Below, piece by piece: positions 24,251-37,543 of a stretch of DNA of 64,000 nucleotides; the stretch's first letter is position 1, and every line of letters begins with the position of its first letter. The DNA comes from Chiloscyllium plagiosum (taxonomy: Eukaryota). The position numbers were made by a program, and so were the translations under genes. Below the pieces are notes generated by a model. That model was given only the letters and a program-made list of their open reading frames with translations. It made no database searches and was not told where the DNA came from. Where the stretch lies: assembly GCF_004010195.1 (NCBI RefSeq), contig NC_057737.1, positions 1,582,779 through 1,646,778 of the forward strand. The letters are read 5' to 3'.

Positions 24251-25979
24251 AAAAGGGGGGAGGAGTTGCATTGCTAGTTAGGGATGATATCACGGCTGTG
24301 TTAAAGGAGGACACTATGGAGGGCTTGAGCAGTGAGGCATTATGGGTGGAGCTGAGAAACAAGAAGGGTGCAGTTACATTGTTGGGGCTGTATTACAGGC
24401 CTCCCAACAGTGAGCGTGAGGTAGAAGAACAAATAGGTAAACAGATTATGGAAAGATGTAGAGGCAATAGGGCAGTGGCGATGGGAGATTTTAATTTTCC
24501 CAACATTGACTGGGATACACTTTGTGTCAGAGGTCTGGATGGGGCAGAATTTGTAAGGAGCATCGAGGAAAGTTTTCTGGAGAAGTATGTCAATAGTTCA
24601 ACTAGGGAAGGAGCCATATTGGACCTGGTGTTGGGGAATGAGCCAGGCCAGGTGGTAGAAGTTGCGGTGGGGGATTTCTTTCGGAATAGTGACCACAATT
24701 CTGTAAGTTTTAGAATACTCGTAGACAAAGAGGAGAGTGGTTCTAAGGGAAGAGCACTAAACTGGGCCAAGGCCAATTATATCAAAATTAGGCAGGAGCT
24801 GGAAAATGTGGATTGGGGGCAGCTATTAGAAGGAAAGTCCACATTTGAAATTGGGAGGCTTTCAAAGATAGGTGAAAGATAGTGCAGAATAGGCATGTCC
24901 TTTTGAAAACAAGGGATAGGAAGGGCAAGATTTGTGAACCATGGATGACAGGAGAAATTGTGCAACTAGCCAAGAGGAAAGGGGAAGCATACATAAGGTC
25001 TAGGCAGCTAAAAACAGAACAGGCCTTGGTGGAATATTGGAAGAGTAGGACCATTCTTTAACGAGGAATCAAGCTGGCTAAAAGGGGTCATGAAATAACT
25101 TTAGCAAGCAGAATTAAGGAGAATCCCAAGGTCTTTTATTCATTTAGATGAAGCAAGAGGTAACTAGAGCAAGGGTTGGTCCACTAAAGGATAAGGAAGG
25201 AAGGCTGTGTGTCGAACCTGAGAGAATGGGTGAGATTCTGAATGACTACTTTGCATCAGTATTCACTGAGGAGAGGAATATGATGAATGTTGAGATTAGA
25301 GATAGAAGTTTGATTAGTCTGGATCACGTTGACATAAGTAGGGAAGATGTGTTGGGTAGGCTAGAGGTTATTAAAGTGGACAAATCCCCAGGACCGGATG
25401 GGATCTATCACAGGTTGCTGAGGAAGGCGAAGGAGGAAATAGCTAGGGCCCTGACAGATATCTTTGTGGCATCTTTAAATACAGGTGAGGTGCCGGAGGA
25501 CTGGAGGGTTGCTCATGTTGTCCCCCTGTACAAGAAGGGTAGTAGGGATATTCCAGGTAACTACAGTCCAGTGAGCCTGACGTCGGTAGTGGTAAAAGTT
25601 GCTGGAGAAGGTACTGAGTGATAAAATCTATTTATATTTGGAAAAGAATGGGCTTAACAGTGATAGGCAACATGGTTTTGTGTGGGGGAAATCGTGCCTT
25701 ACCAACTTAATAGAGTTCTTCAAGGAAATGACCAAGTTGTTAGATCAAGGAAGGGCTGTTGATGTCATATACATGGACTTTAGTAAGGCGTTTGATAAGG
25801 TTCCCCATGGTAGACTAATGGAGAAAGTGAAGTCATATGGTGTGCAGGGTGTTCTAGCGAGGTGGATAAAGAACTGGTTGAGCAACAGGAGACAGAGAGT
25901 AGTAGTTGAAGGGAGTTTCCCGAAATGGAGAAAAGTGACCAGTGTTGTTCCACAGGGACCAGTGCTGGGGCCACTGTTG

Positions 25980-26771
25980 NNNNNNNNNNNNNNNNNNNNN
26001 NNNNNNNNNNNNNNNNNNNNNNNNNNNNNNNNNNNNNNNNNNNNNNNNNNNNNNNNNNNNNNNNNNNNNNNNNNNNNNNNNNNNNNNNNNNNNNNNNNNN
26101 NNNNNNNNNNNNNNNNNNNNNNNNNNNNNNNNNNNNNNNNNNNNNNNNNNNNNNNNNNNNNNNNNNNNNNNNNNNNNNNNNNNNNNNNNNNNNNNNNNNN
26201 NNNNNNNNNNNNNNNNNNNNNNNNNNNNNNNNNNNNNNNNNNNNNNNNNNNNNNNNNNNNNNNNNNNNNNNNNNNNNNNNNNNNNNNNNNNNNNNNNNNN
26301 NNNNNNNNNNNNNNNNNNNNNNNNNNNNNNNNNNNNNNNNNNNNNNNNNNNNNNNNNNNNNNNNNNNNNNNNNNNNNNNNNNNNNNNNNNNNNNNNNNNN
26401 NNNNNNNNNNNNNNNNNNNNNNNNNNNNNNNNNNNNNNNNNNNNNNNNNNNNNNNNNNNNNNNNNNNNNNNNNNNNNNNNNNNNNNNNNNNNNNNNNNNN
26501 NNNNNNNNNNNNNNNNNNNNNNNNNNNNNNNNNNNNNNNNNNNNNNNNNNNNNNNNNNNNNNNNNNNNNNNNNNNNNNNNNNNNNNNNNNNNNNNNNNNN
26601 NNNNNNNNNNNNNNNNNNNNNNNNNNNNNNNNNNNNNNNNNNNNNNNNNNNNNNNNNNNNNNNNNNNNNNNNNNNNNNNNNNNNNNNNNNNNNNNNNNNN
26701 NNNNNNNNNNNNNNNNNNNNNNNNNNNNNNNNNNNNNNNNNNNNNNNNNNNNNNNNNNNNNNNNNNNNNNN
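25980..26771. other. Assembly gap (792 N) inside a CR1
   Basis: Run of N flanked by collinear CR1 RT sequence. Confidence 1.
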
Positions 26772-27318
26772 TACAAGACATTGGTTCAGCCACATTTAGA
26801 ATACTGTGTACAGTTCTGGTCGCCACATTACCAAAAGGATGTGGATGCTTTGGAGAGGATGCAGAGAAGGTTTACGAGGATGTTGCCTGGTATGGAAGGT
26901 GCTAGCTATGAAGAAAGGTTGAGTAGGTTAGTTTTATTTTCATTAGAAAAAGGAGATTGAGGGGAGATCTGATTGAGGTTTATAAAATCATGAAGGATAT
27001 AAACAGGGTCGATAGAGACAAGCTTTTTCCGAGGGTGAAGGATTCAATAACAAGAAGTCATGCTTTCAAGGTGAGAGGTGGAAAGTGTTTCACACAGAGG
27101 GTGGTGGGCGTTTGGAACGCGTTGCCAGCAGAGTTGGTAGAGGCAGGCACAGTAGATTCATTTAAGATGCGTCTGGATAAATGCATGAGTAGGTGGGGAG
27201 CAGAGGGATACAGATGCTTAGGAATTGATCGACAGGTTTAGATAGTACATTTGGATCAGCTCAGGCTTGGAGGGCCGAAGGGCCTGTTCCTGGGCTGTAA
27301 ATTTTCTTTGTTCTTTAT

Positions 27319-28800
27319 TTCCCTATTTGGCCCCTTGAATTGAAATAAATGCAGTTTAATTTATCAGTTCTCTGCTTTGTTCCTGCCTGCCATGATTGTT
27401 TGATTGCTCCTTTTCCCAATTATACCAGTCTCAGATTGATCTCTTTCCTCACTATTTCCCTGGGTCACACCCCCCACCTTACTAGTTTAAATCCTCCCGA
27501 GCAGCTCTAGCAAATTTCCCTGACAGTATATTAGTCCCCTTCCGATTCAGGTGAAATCTGTCCTTATTGTTCAGGTCACTTCTACCCCAGAAGAGATTCC
27601 AATGAACCTTTCTCCCCTGCATCAGCTCCTCAGCCATGCATGCATCTGCTCTATCCTCCTATTCCTGCCCTCACTAGCTTGTAGCACTGGGAGTAATCCA
27701 GATATTACTACTCTGGAGGACCTCCTTTTTAAATTCCTGCCTAATCTCCTCCTTTTCCCTTCTTATGTCACTGGTTCCAATGTGTACAACAACCTCCTGC
27801 TGGTCCCCCTTCCCTTTGAGAACATTCTGCACCCTCTTTGAGATATCCTTGATCTTGGTATCAGAGAGACAAAACACCCATTCTGATTTTTCGCTTCTGG
27901 CTGTCTGTGCCTCAGACTAGAGAGTCCCCTATCACAATCGATCGCTTGGAACCTGATCTACCCCTCATTATATTAGAGCCAGTTTCAATACCAGAAACTT
28001 GGCTGTTCGTGCTACATTCCCCTAAGAGTCCATCACTCCCTACATTTTCCAAAACTCCATCTTGTTTGAGATGGAGTTAGCCACAGGAGACTCCTGCACT
28101 ACCTGCCTCCCTCACCTACCTTTCCTGGAGTTAACCCACCTACTTGACTGTATCTGTGGCTTTTCTCCCTTCCTATAACTGCCATCCATTACACCACTGG
28201 GCTCCTGTAAATTACTTATTTCCTCTAACTACCGCTCCAACCAATCCATGTGATCTGATAGGATTCACAACCAAAGATACTTCCTGCAGACATAATCATC
28301 AATAACATGGAAGCTCTCCCTAAACTCCCACATCCAACAGGAAGAGCATATCACTCTACTAAAGGCCATCTTTGCTCCTTCACTACCTATAGACCCAGAA
28401 AATAGCACCATCTTTTTGCTCTAAAAAGAAATACTGCTCCAGGCTAACTTAATATTTATGGCTTATATTTTTAAAATTTAACCAAAAGACAGGACTCAAT
28501 AAAACATATAATCAAGAAAGAACCCACTCTACTCATGGCTGCAGACTCACAGCAAGGTTACACATTAAAAACTATGCACTCATCTGTTGCTGTGCTGTGA
28601 GCTCTCCCACACAGGTTCCTCCAAGGCCAGCTGTACATTTCACTGTTGGTTATTTTTTTCCTAGATGCACTCTAATGTCCACATCTACTTGAACTCAAGC
28701 AGCAAAGGTAGTAACTGTGCAGATTCACTGCTGTGTCAGACAGCAGTATAGGTTTCTTTTTCTGACCATGTAGTCACTCCTTTTTCTGTCTTCCTCCTTT
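27319..28800 (-). mobile_element. 5' part of the minus-strand CR1 (start of ORF2, esterase-type ORF1, 5' UTR)
   Basis: Continues the sequence broken at 23077. ORF 27674-27877 has the SGNH-esterase-like VVVHIGTSDI motif typical of CR1 ORF1. The 5' limit is approximate. Confidence 0.75.
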
Positions 28801-28989
28801 ATAAAGTGCCGTTATTTTGATATTTTGTCCCCCAAAAGTTCCTAAACAATGTAACAGTATATAAAACAGTAATTGCTGTTCCTGGAATTGGAGGAAATCC
28901 CCTCCAACACCTAAAATACCTCAAAAAAGGAGGAGCTCACACAGCCACATCCTCTATCTTGGATTACCCAGAATCAATTTCCCTCACAA

Positions 28990-29450
28990 TAAAAAGAATT
29001 TCCTGATTACTTGCTGTACCTGCATACTAATGACCTGCAATTTATGTACAAGGACACCAGATCTCTCTATATATCTGAGTGCTGCCACCCCACCATTTAG
29101 ATCATGTGCTTCTTTTTATATATTTTTTGCCAAAATGGATAATTTCACATTTTCCATTTGCCAGATCTTTGCTCACTTACCGAACCCATTGATATCCTTT
29201 TGTACAGCTCCTTATGTCCTCTTCACAACTCTATCTGTAACTGTCTATCTTTGTGTGATCGGTAAATTTAGCGACCATACCTTGGGTCATGTCATCCAAA
29301 TCATTGGCTAATTTGTGAAGAGTTGACATCCCAGGACCATCCCCTGTGGCACCACACATGTGACATCCTGCCAGCATGATAAAGACTCACTTACTACAAC
29401 TCTCTTTTTTAGCCAACCAATCTCCAATCCTGGCCAATAGGTTATTGCCA
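28990..29450 (-). mobile_element. Old CR1-type LINE fragment
   Basis: Degenerate RT segment (PQG.VLG, KF.D.TK on the reverse strand). Confidence 0.55.
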
Positions 29451-30744
29451 TGGGTTTTCAAGCAAGTTCTTAATTCAATGTCAGAATTCAGTTTTTTTGG
29501 GAACAGAGAGTTCCACTGTCCTTTTGTCTGAAGACGTGTCTCCTGACATTACTCCTGGAGGGCCTAAGGTTAAGGTTATTTCCCTTTTGTTCCAGAATAC
29601 ATTCCCATCCTCAACTTACCAGAGGAAATATCTTCTCTCTTTCTCTCTTTCCCATTAGATCCATCTGATCTGTGAGGGGTGAATGAGCTGTCAGAAAGTA
29701 ACAAGAGATGGTAAAATCTCTGCAATTTGGTGGCAAAAAAATTTCATTAACAGTAACAGACAGGAGCACCTGAAGGAATAAAATCACAGTTGATGAGAAA
29801 GATGAAGCCATTTTGCCGCTGTGCTGATGTGAGAGTCTCACTGAATTTGAAATTACACAGTGTGTTATACTCAGCTTTAAGAGAGAGATTTCTAACATTG
29901 TGAACATAAGGGGCTGTGACTTTGTCAGGCTCTAGATTTTATTCCCCAGGCATGTTGAATAAATTGATTTTCTGCTTCATCCTAACTGCCAATGGTTTTT
30001 TGAGTAAATAGAAAACGTAATATTACATTACTGTTAGCTGCTAATGACACAGACAAGGTCACAGACACAATACTCATCCTTACAGTGTCAAATCAATAGC
30101 AGTACTTTGCAAAGAATTCAGAAGGCAATTTAGTCCTCTAAAGTACTGTCGTCAAAGTTACAGAAGGAGCACAGACAAGATGGGCTGCTCAAAAATACAC
30201 AAGGAAAGCCAAACCAATTAAAGAGCTGACAGGGCAGGGGATGGTACGGAGATTGTCATGAATGAATGAAAGCTCAATCCTCTCTCGTTTCCCCACTTTC
30301 CAGAAAATAAAAATAATGTGCCTCTCACTGGGATCAGAAGGTACCAGTCGCCAGGAGATCCTGTGATATTGAAGTGAAATTCAATTGCTGGATATTTACA
30401 TTAATTGTTTTGTTCATACACTTCCTTCTCTTGAATTTCATTACAATATTTCCCACTCTTGGATATGAGGTTCTGACAGTTTCATTTATGCTGATGTTTC
30501 TGCGACAGGGAAATATTTCACCCATTATCTCATTGAATTTTATTGATTTTTCAAACAGATGTCTGGCCTTTTAATGGGTCCACATGGTCAGATTTCTGTG
30601 ATGATAAATTTGCAGTGCAGTAACAGACCATTTGGCCCATCTGGTCTATACTGATGTTTTTGCTCTGCCTGAGTCTCCTCCCATTTTTCACCCCACTACC
30701 GTATCGTTTTGTTCCTTCCTCACTCCTGTACTTTTCTAGTTTTT

Positions 30745-31940
30745 CCTTAAAAGGATCTGACATATCACCTACATTTTTCATCCTTCAGTTTAAAGCTATG
30801 TCCCCTCATGCTAGCCATCACCACCCGAGGAAAAAGGCTCTCATTGTCCACCCTATCCAACCCTCTGATTATCCTATATGTGTAAGTTAAGTCACCTCTC
30901 GACCTTCTTCTCTCTAATGAAAACAAACTCAAGTTCCTCAGCCTTTCCTCATAAGACCTTCCTTCCATACCAGGCAACATCCTGATAAATCTCCTCTGAA
31001 CCCTTTCCAGAGCTTCCAACCTCCTACAATGTACAACCAGAACTGTGCATAATACTCCAAGTGCAGCCAGACCAGAGTTTTATACAGCTGCAGCATGACC
31101 ACGTGGCTCCAAAACTCAATCCCTCTACCAATAAAAGCCAACACACTGTATGCTTTCAGAACAGCCCTATCAACCTGGGTAGCAACTTTCAGGGATCTAT
31201 GTACATGGACACAGATCTCTCTGCTCATCCACATTACCAAGAATCTTACCATTAGCCCAGTATCTGCATTCCTGTTGCTCCTTCCAAAGTGAATCACCTC
31301 TCACTGTTCTGCATTAAACTCCATTTGCCTCCTCTCAGTCCAGCTCTGCAGCTTATCTATGTCCCCCTGTAACCTGCAACATCCTTCAGCACCATCCACA
31401 ACTGCACCAACCTTAGTGTCATCTGCAAATTTACTAACCCAGCCTTCTATGCTCTCATCCAGGTCATTTATAAAAATGACAAACAGCAGTGGCCCCAAAA
31501 CAGATCCTTGCGGTGCACCACTAGTAACTAAACTCCAGGATGAACATTTCCCATCAACCACCACCCTCTGTCTTCTTTCAGCTTGCCAATTTCTGATCCA
31601 AACCGCTAAATCACCCTCAATTCCATGCCTCTATATTTTGTGCAATAGCCTACTGTGGGGAACCTTATCAAACACCTTAATGAAATCCATACATACCACA
31701 TCAACTGCTTTACCCTCATCCACCTGTTTGGTCACCATCTCAAAGAACTCAATAATGTTTGAGAGGCACGGCCCACCCTTCACAAAACTGTGTTGACTAT
31801 CCCGAAACATCTTAATCCAATCAAGATAATTATAAATCCTCTCTCTTATAACCTTTTCCAACACTTTATCCACAACCAAAGTAAGGCTCACCAGTCTATA
31901 ATTAGCAGGGTTGTCTCGACTCCCCTTTTTGAACAAATAT
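30745..31940 (-). mobile_element. CR1 LINE RT/3' part
   Basis: ORFs with PANYRLVSLT, GAPQGSVLGPLLF, KFADDTK and ALERVQRRFIRMLPG. Confidence 0.9.
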
Positions 31941-32309
31941 AGTGCCTTTAACAATACTAAGACACCCCAAGCTGTTACATGGAAGCACTCAAATACATCA
32001 CCTGGCAACAGATGTCCCTCAAACCTACTCTGTGCTTCACTAAAATGATGGCTGGTTTGTTTGTGTTTCAAGTTCCACATTCCCATTTACATCCAATAAC
32101 TTCTGATTCACCTGCTGAACAATCTATCTACCATTGCCTTGAAAATATTCAATGATTGTCTCCATTACTTTCTGAAGCAAAGACTTCCAAAGTTGAAAAT
32201 CCTCTGAATGGAAAAAACAATTTTTCTCATCTCCCTCCTAAAAGGGGTGACCCCTGATTTTAAACCAGTGCTCCCTCCCTTTAGACTCCCCTGAAGAGGA
32301 AGCATCTGA

Positions 32310-33465
32310 ATACAGGAAAGAGATAGAGTGATTGCTGGTGTGGGCCAAAGATAACAATCAACCCTTCGATGTCAGCACAGTGAAAGAGCTTGTCATTGAC
32401 TTCAGGAAGCAGAGTGGAGGGCACGTCCCTGTCTGTATCAGTAGTGCTGAGGTGGAGATGGTCGAGAGTGTCAAGTTGCTAGGAGTGACGGTCACCAACA
32501 ATCTGTCCTGGTCCACCCACAGTGATGTTGAACTCAAGAAAATGCAACAATGCATCTACTTCCTCAGGAGGCTAAGGAAATTCAGCATGTCTGTCAAGGA
32601 GGTGACAATGGTATTATCAAGTGGTATTACCACTAGACTATTAATCCAGAGACCTAGTTAATGTTCTGGGGACCTGGGTTGAAATCCTGCCATGGCAGAT
32701 GGTGGACTTCAAGTTCAATAAAAATTCTCGAATTAAAAACCTGATGATAGTGAAGCCATTGTTGATTGTTGGAAAAACCCGTCTGGGTCACTAATGTCCT
32801 TTACGGAAGGAAACTGCCCTCCTTACCTGGTCTGGCCGACATGTAACTCCAGACTCACAGCGATGTGGTTGACTCTTAACTGCCCTCTGGGCAATTAGGG
32901 ATGGCCAGTGATGCCATCATCCCATGAATGAACAAAAAGAACGTCTTACCAATTTTTGTAGATGCACCATAGAAAGCATTCTGTCCAGATGCATCACAGC
33001 TTGGAATGGCAACAGCTCTGTCCAGGGCCGTAAGAAACTACAGAAAGTGTGAACACAGCCCAGACCATCCTGGAAACCAATCTTTCATCCATTGACTCCA
33101 TGTCCACTTCCCACTGCCTCAGGAAGGCAGCCAACATCATCAAAGACCCCTCCCACCCTGGTTGTAATCTCTTGAACTTCTTCCATCAAGCAAAAAATAC
33201 AAAACCTTATACACATGTCCCAACAGATTCAGGAACAGCTTCTTCCCGGCTGTCATGAGACTGCTGAACAGACCTCTCCAATTTCAGATTTAATGTTGAT
33301 CTCACTCTTTGTGCACCTTCTCTGCAGCTGTAACATTATATTCCTTGCTCTGTTCTATTACCCTAATACAAATTGTATGGTAATGATCTGTTTGTACTGC
33401 AGGCAAAACAAAACTTTCCACCGTACCTAGGTACATGTGGCAATAGTAAATCAAATCAAAATCAT
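32310..33465 (+). mobile_element. Rex1/Babar-like LINE 3' part, interrupted by a SINE
   Basis: KELVIDFRK...VESVKLLGVTVTNNLSWSTH...YFLRRLRKF, resuming at 32940 (ESILSRCITAW; KAANIIKDPSHP). It ends in an (AAATC)n tail at ~33448-33463. Confidence 0.75.
32597..32940 (+). mobile_element. tRNA-derived SINE (non-HE1 family)
   Basis: A-box/B-box-like head (GTGGTATTA..; GGTTGAAATCC) and an A-rich end. It interrupts the LINE, and related copies lie at 2780-2920 and ~62010-62280. Confidence 0.65.
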
Positions 33466-33559
33466 TTCCACATCAACCTTGTCAAGACCATTCAGCATCA
33501 TATACACTTCCATCAACTCACCTCGCACACTTTTGAATTCCAATTAAGACAAGTCCAGC

Positions 33560-34220
33560 CTATATAACCTTTCCTCATGAGATAACCCCTCCTTCCTGGT
33601 ATCAATCTTGTAACCCTCCACTGAACTACTCCCGCCATGTTCAAACAAAGGTACCAAAGCTGCACACAGTATTTTGGATGTGATTCAACCAATGCCCTTT
33701 ACAGCTGGATTATAAGATGTTCAATTCCTCTTGTATGAAGGATAGGGTTCCAATAGCCTTCCTGATTACTTGCTGTACTTGCATACTAGCTTTTAGTAAT
33801 TCATACAGTGGGACACCCAGCTCCCTTTGCACCTCAGAATTCTGCAGTTCATCTCCTTTTAGGTAATACTCTGCTTTTTTTTTTAAACTTTTCATGCCAA
33901 AGCGTACAATTTCACATGTCCCACATTATACATTGGGAGAGTCCAAATCGAGATGGCATGGGTTTAAGGTGAGAGGGCAAGGATATGAAAGGGGCCGAAA
34001 GGGCAATGTTTTCAAGCATGTGATGCGTACATGGAATGAGCTGCCTTGGTGGAGGCTGGTACAGTTACAGCATTGAAAAGGAACATGGATAGATAGCATT
34101 TGGAGGGATAGGACTCAAATGCTGGCAAATGGGACTAGATTAATTTGGGATATCTGGTCGGCATGAACGAGTTGGATCGAAGGGTCTGTTTCTGTATTCT
34201 CCAGCTCTGTGAATCTATGT
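33560..34220. mobile_element. CR1-type fragments (minus ~33560-33925, plus ~33935-34220)
   Basis: QRELGVP..ASMQVQQVIRKA on the minus strand. A CR1 3' end (GESKSR.HGFKVRG) lies on the plus strand. Confidence 0.7.
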
Positions 34221-34607
34221 GTCATTATATCTGGGCAATGAAAGACCATGTTTGACTGACAGCCAGATTAATGCATGGAATCTATTCCCTTTTTATTTGG
34301 TGTCAGAAGGCCAGTACGGACTTGGGAGGTCAGCAAAAGCAGGAGACTGGGGAAGAGCAGTTGGAAGTGGGAGGCCATGTGATGTGGTCTGCAGGAACAT
34401 GTCCAATAAGAGTTGGGAACCTAGTTATAATGGAAGGAAAACAATCCGAAAAGCATCTAATTTAAAATCTTAAAATAGATAATGTTATGATTATTTCAGT
34501 CCGAAAATAACAGTCCGCAGATTCGGGTGAGTCATACATTTTGTGAGAATTCAGCTTGAGTGGTTTATGGTCAGAGTTTAAATCCTGTGATTGAAAGCAG
34601 CACCTTT

Positions 34608-34692
34608 CACTCACTCCCAGCACCTCTCACCCACTCACTCCCAGCACCTCTCACCCACTCACTCCCACCACCTCTCACTCACTCACTTCCAG
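34608..34692 (+). repeat. 24-bp minisatellite running into the gap
   Basis: CACTCACTCCCAGCACCTCTCACC, about 3.5 units. Confidence 0.9.
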
Positions 34693-35192
34693 NNNNNNNN
34701 NNNNNNNNNNNNNNNNNNNNNNNNNNNNNNNNNNNNNNNNNNNNNNNNNNNNNNNNNNNNNNNNNNNNNNNNNNNNNNNNNNNNNNNNNNNNNNNNNNNN
34801 NNNNNNNNNNNNNNNNNNNNNNNNNNNNNNNNNNNNNNNNNNNNNNNNNNNNNNNNNNNNNNNNNNNNNNNNNNNNNNNNNNNNNNNNNNNNNNNNNNNN
34901 NNNNNNNNNNNNNNNNNNNNNNNNNNNNNNNNNNNNNNNNNNNNNNNNNNNNNNNNNNNNNNNNNNNNNNNNNNNNNNNNNNNNNNNNNNNNNNNNNNNN
35001 NNNNNNNNNNNNNNNNNNNNNNNNNNNNNNNNNNNNNNNNNNNNNNNNNNNNNNNNNNNNNNNNNNNNNNNNNNNNNNNNNNNNNNNNNNNNNNNNNNNN
35101 NNNNNNNNNNNNNNNNNNNNNNNNNNNNNNNNNNNNNNNNNNNNNNNNNNNNNNNNNNNNNNNNNNNNNNNNNNNNNNNNNNNNNNNNNNNN
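34693..35192. other. Assembly gap (exactly 500 N)
   Basis: Run of N. The round length suggests an unsized scaffold join. Confidence 1.
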
Positions 35193-35634
35193 GACGAGGA
35201 AGTACAAGTCCTGGAGGGGTGGGGGCATGAGCAAAGGAACTGTCCTCAGGCAGGTCACTCTACACTTTATACATAAATGATTGTGAAGACCATTGGGGCT
35301 TTGATTGCATGTTCCCCAAGAGACTGAGGGGATGGTTCTCTCCTCTGTAATACTGAGCCACACAAGATAGGGAGGCCCAGTAAAACCCTGTGCTGAGGTA
35401 CCTGGGATATTGCTTCAGTCATCCTGGGCTTGGGCAGCAGGGAATCCATCAATTCCTAATACTCGAACTAGCAATCCTGTGTTTCTGACTGTATCTGTGT
35501 GTCCCTGTGGTTTATGTTTCATCAACATTACACACATTAAAACACGTCTTTCTGTGCCATTTGGGTTACCAGTTGGTTGAACTCCCTTTATCTGTTTGAT
35601 AGGATGCTGAGGATGAGACTGAATGTACTGCTAA

Positions 35635-35796
<162 letters not shown>

Positions 35797-37341
35797 TAGC
35801 TAGTCACTGGGGTCACGTGCTAGCCCAGTGCATTCTGCACCATACACACTGAGCCATCATAATCAGTACAGCCCGCCCTCCACTGTGTCCAAGAAGGTAT
35901 TAGGGCAAATGGCCAAAATAGTCTTAACAGAGAGTCGAAAAGGGGAGAGGGGGGTGTAGGTGTTTAGGGAGGGAATTTCTGGGTTTACAGGCCCAGGTAA
36001 CTGCCTTAGTCATTAAAATTGGGGGTGTTCAAGAGACCGGAACTCAAGAGTTAACAGAGGATTATGGAGGAGCTAATGGAGATACAGGAACTAAGCCCAT
36101 GGAGAGATTTGATTACAAACATTAGTATTTTACATTTAGGGCATTGCCAGACTGGGATAAGTCAGAATTTTGATGAGTGTTAAGATATAATTAACATCCA
36201 GCAACCTGATGCAGATGGATAGGCTGATGGGATTTGTCATGTTTCCGAATGATTCCTTGCCTTTACTGGGAATGCAAGAGCAGAGAGTATTCCAGAGGTG
36301 GAGATTTTTGACTATTAGTTCAGTCCTGATGTTATGCTTCATCACCTCTGGATTCCAGCAGTGTCCTGGCTGTAGTGTTTGTTCTGAACTGTTGGAAGCT
36401 CTTCCAGCCAGATTCTCACCTTCAGGCACATCCCTGTCTGCTTGCATTGTATTCCATGGACCCATCACCCTGTATGTGCCCTGTCTCCCAGTGCAGCTCT
36501 GAATTTCTTACCATTGTGTTTGAGGGGGAGAGCCACAGTTTTGAAATTCTGGGTAAAAATGTACCAGACTGGGCAATGAGGGCTTTTCACACACTGCTGA
36601 AACTCTCTGCACAAAGGCAGCCCTGACCCACAACCTGACATCTCCACCACGGGTTGGGCAAAGAGGCAGGTCCTGAATACATCCTCAGGCCTGAATGGGA
36701 ATTGAACCCTGTGCTGTTGGCCCCAACCAGCTGTCCAACTGATTGAACTCACAGAAACACCCCCCACCCCCACGTCTGTGTTGCTGTGCCTTTTACACAC
36801 AGATTGTAACCTGGAGTTGTGGTTAGTGATGGATTCCTTCACGTGGCTGACCAGGAATATCTCCCGCTCTTACTGCCTGTCACTGGCATTTGTTCTAAAG
36901 ATTGACAAATTGATAACCAGGCTGCTGAGGGAGCCAGTGTAACAATCGTGATTCTGTAAACACTTTAGTTTGGTCATGTTTTAAACACGCCTTCCTTGGT
37001 CATTAAATGCGAGAGTGAACCCAGAGTTTCTGCCCCAGAGACAGGGACACTGCTCACTGTGCCTCCATTTTACACACAGAGGAGACAACTGCATTGGATT
37101 TAGAGCATAAACAGGCCATTCGGCCCAAGCACTCTTTGCTAGTGTTCACAGTCCACACTTACCTCCTCCTCTTTCATCTCCTTCATCGCAGTCTTTCACA
37201 AACCTTTTTATTGCCTTTTCTCTCATTTATTTGACCAGCTTCCGGATGAAACTTTGTTTCAATCACATTCCATGCCAAGGACTACCATATTCTCACCAAT
37301 TTCCAAACACAGAAAGTTCTCCTTATTCCATTATTTTAATG

Positions 37342-37543
37342 GAGAAAGTGAGGTCTGTAGATGTTGGAGATCAGAGCTGAAAATGTGTTGCTGGTAAAGC
37401 GCAGCAGGTCGGGCAGCATCCAAGGAACAGGAGAATCGACGTTTCGGGCATTCCTGATGAAGGGCTTATGCCTGAAACGTCGATTCTCCTGTTCCTTGGA
37501 TGCTGCCTGACCTGCTGTGCTTTACCAGCAACACATTTTCAGC
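37342..37543. mobile_element. 202-bp fold-back mini-PLE with intact hammerhead core, in a BLTP2 intron
   Basis: Arms 37375-37450/37469-37544 are reverse complements. The core CTGATGAAGGGCTTATGCCTGAAACGTC is at 37454-37481. The exact 15-bp TSD TCCATTATTTTAATG lies at 37327-37341 and 37544-37558. Confidence 0.9.

Larger units (their letters stand above)
23580..27318 (+). mobile_element. CR1 LINE with near-complete ORF2, inserted into the minus-strand CR1
   Basis: APE motifs (CIYFNARS, AITEIWL, YYRPP, GDFNFPNIDW, SDH) and RT motifs (KSPGPDG, KSCLTNLIEFF, VPQGPVLGPLL). It ends in a TTCTTTG-type tail at ~27303-27318. Confidence 0.92.
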
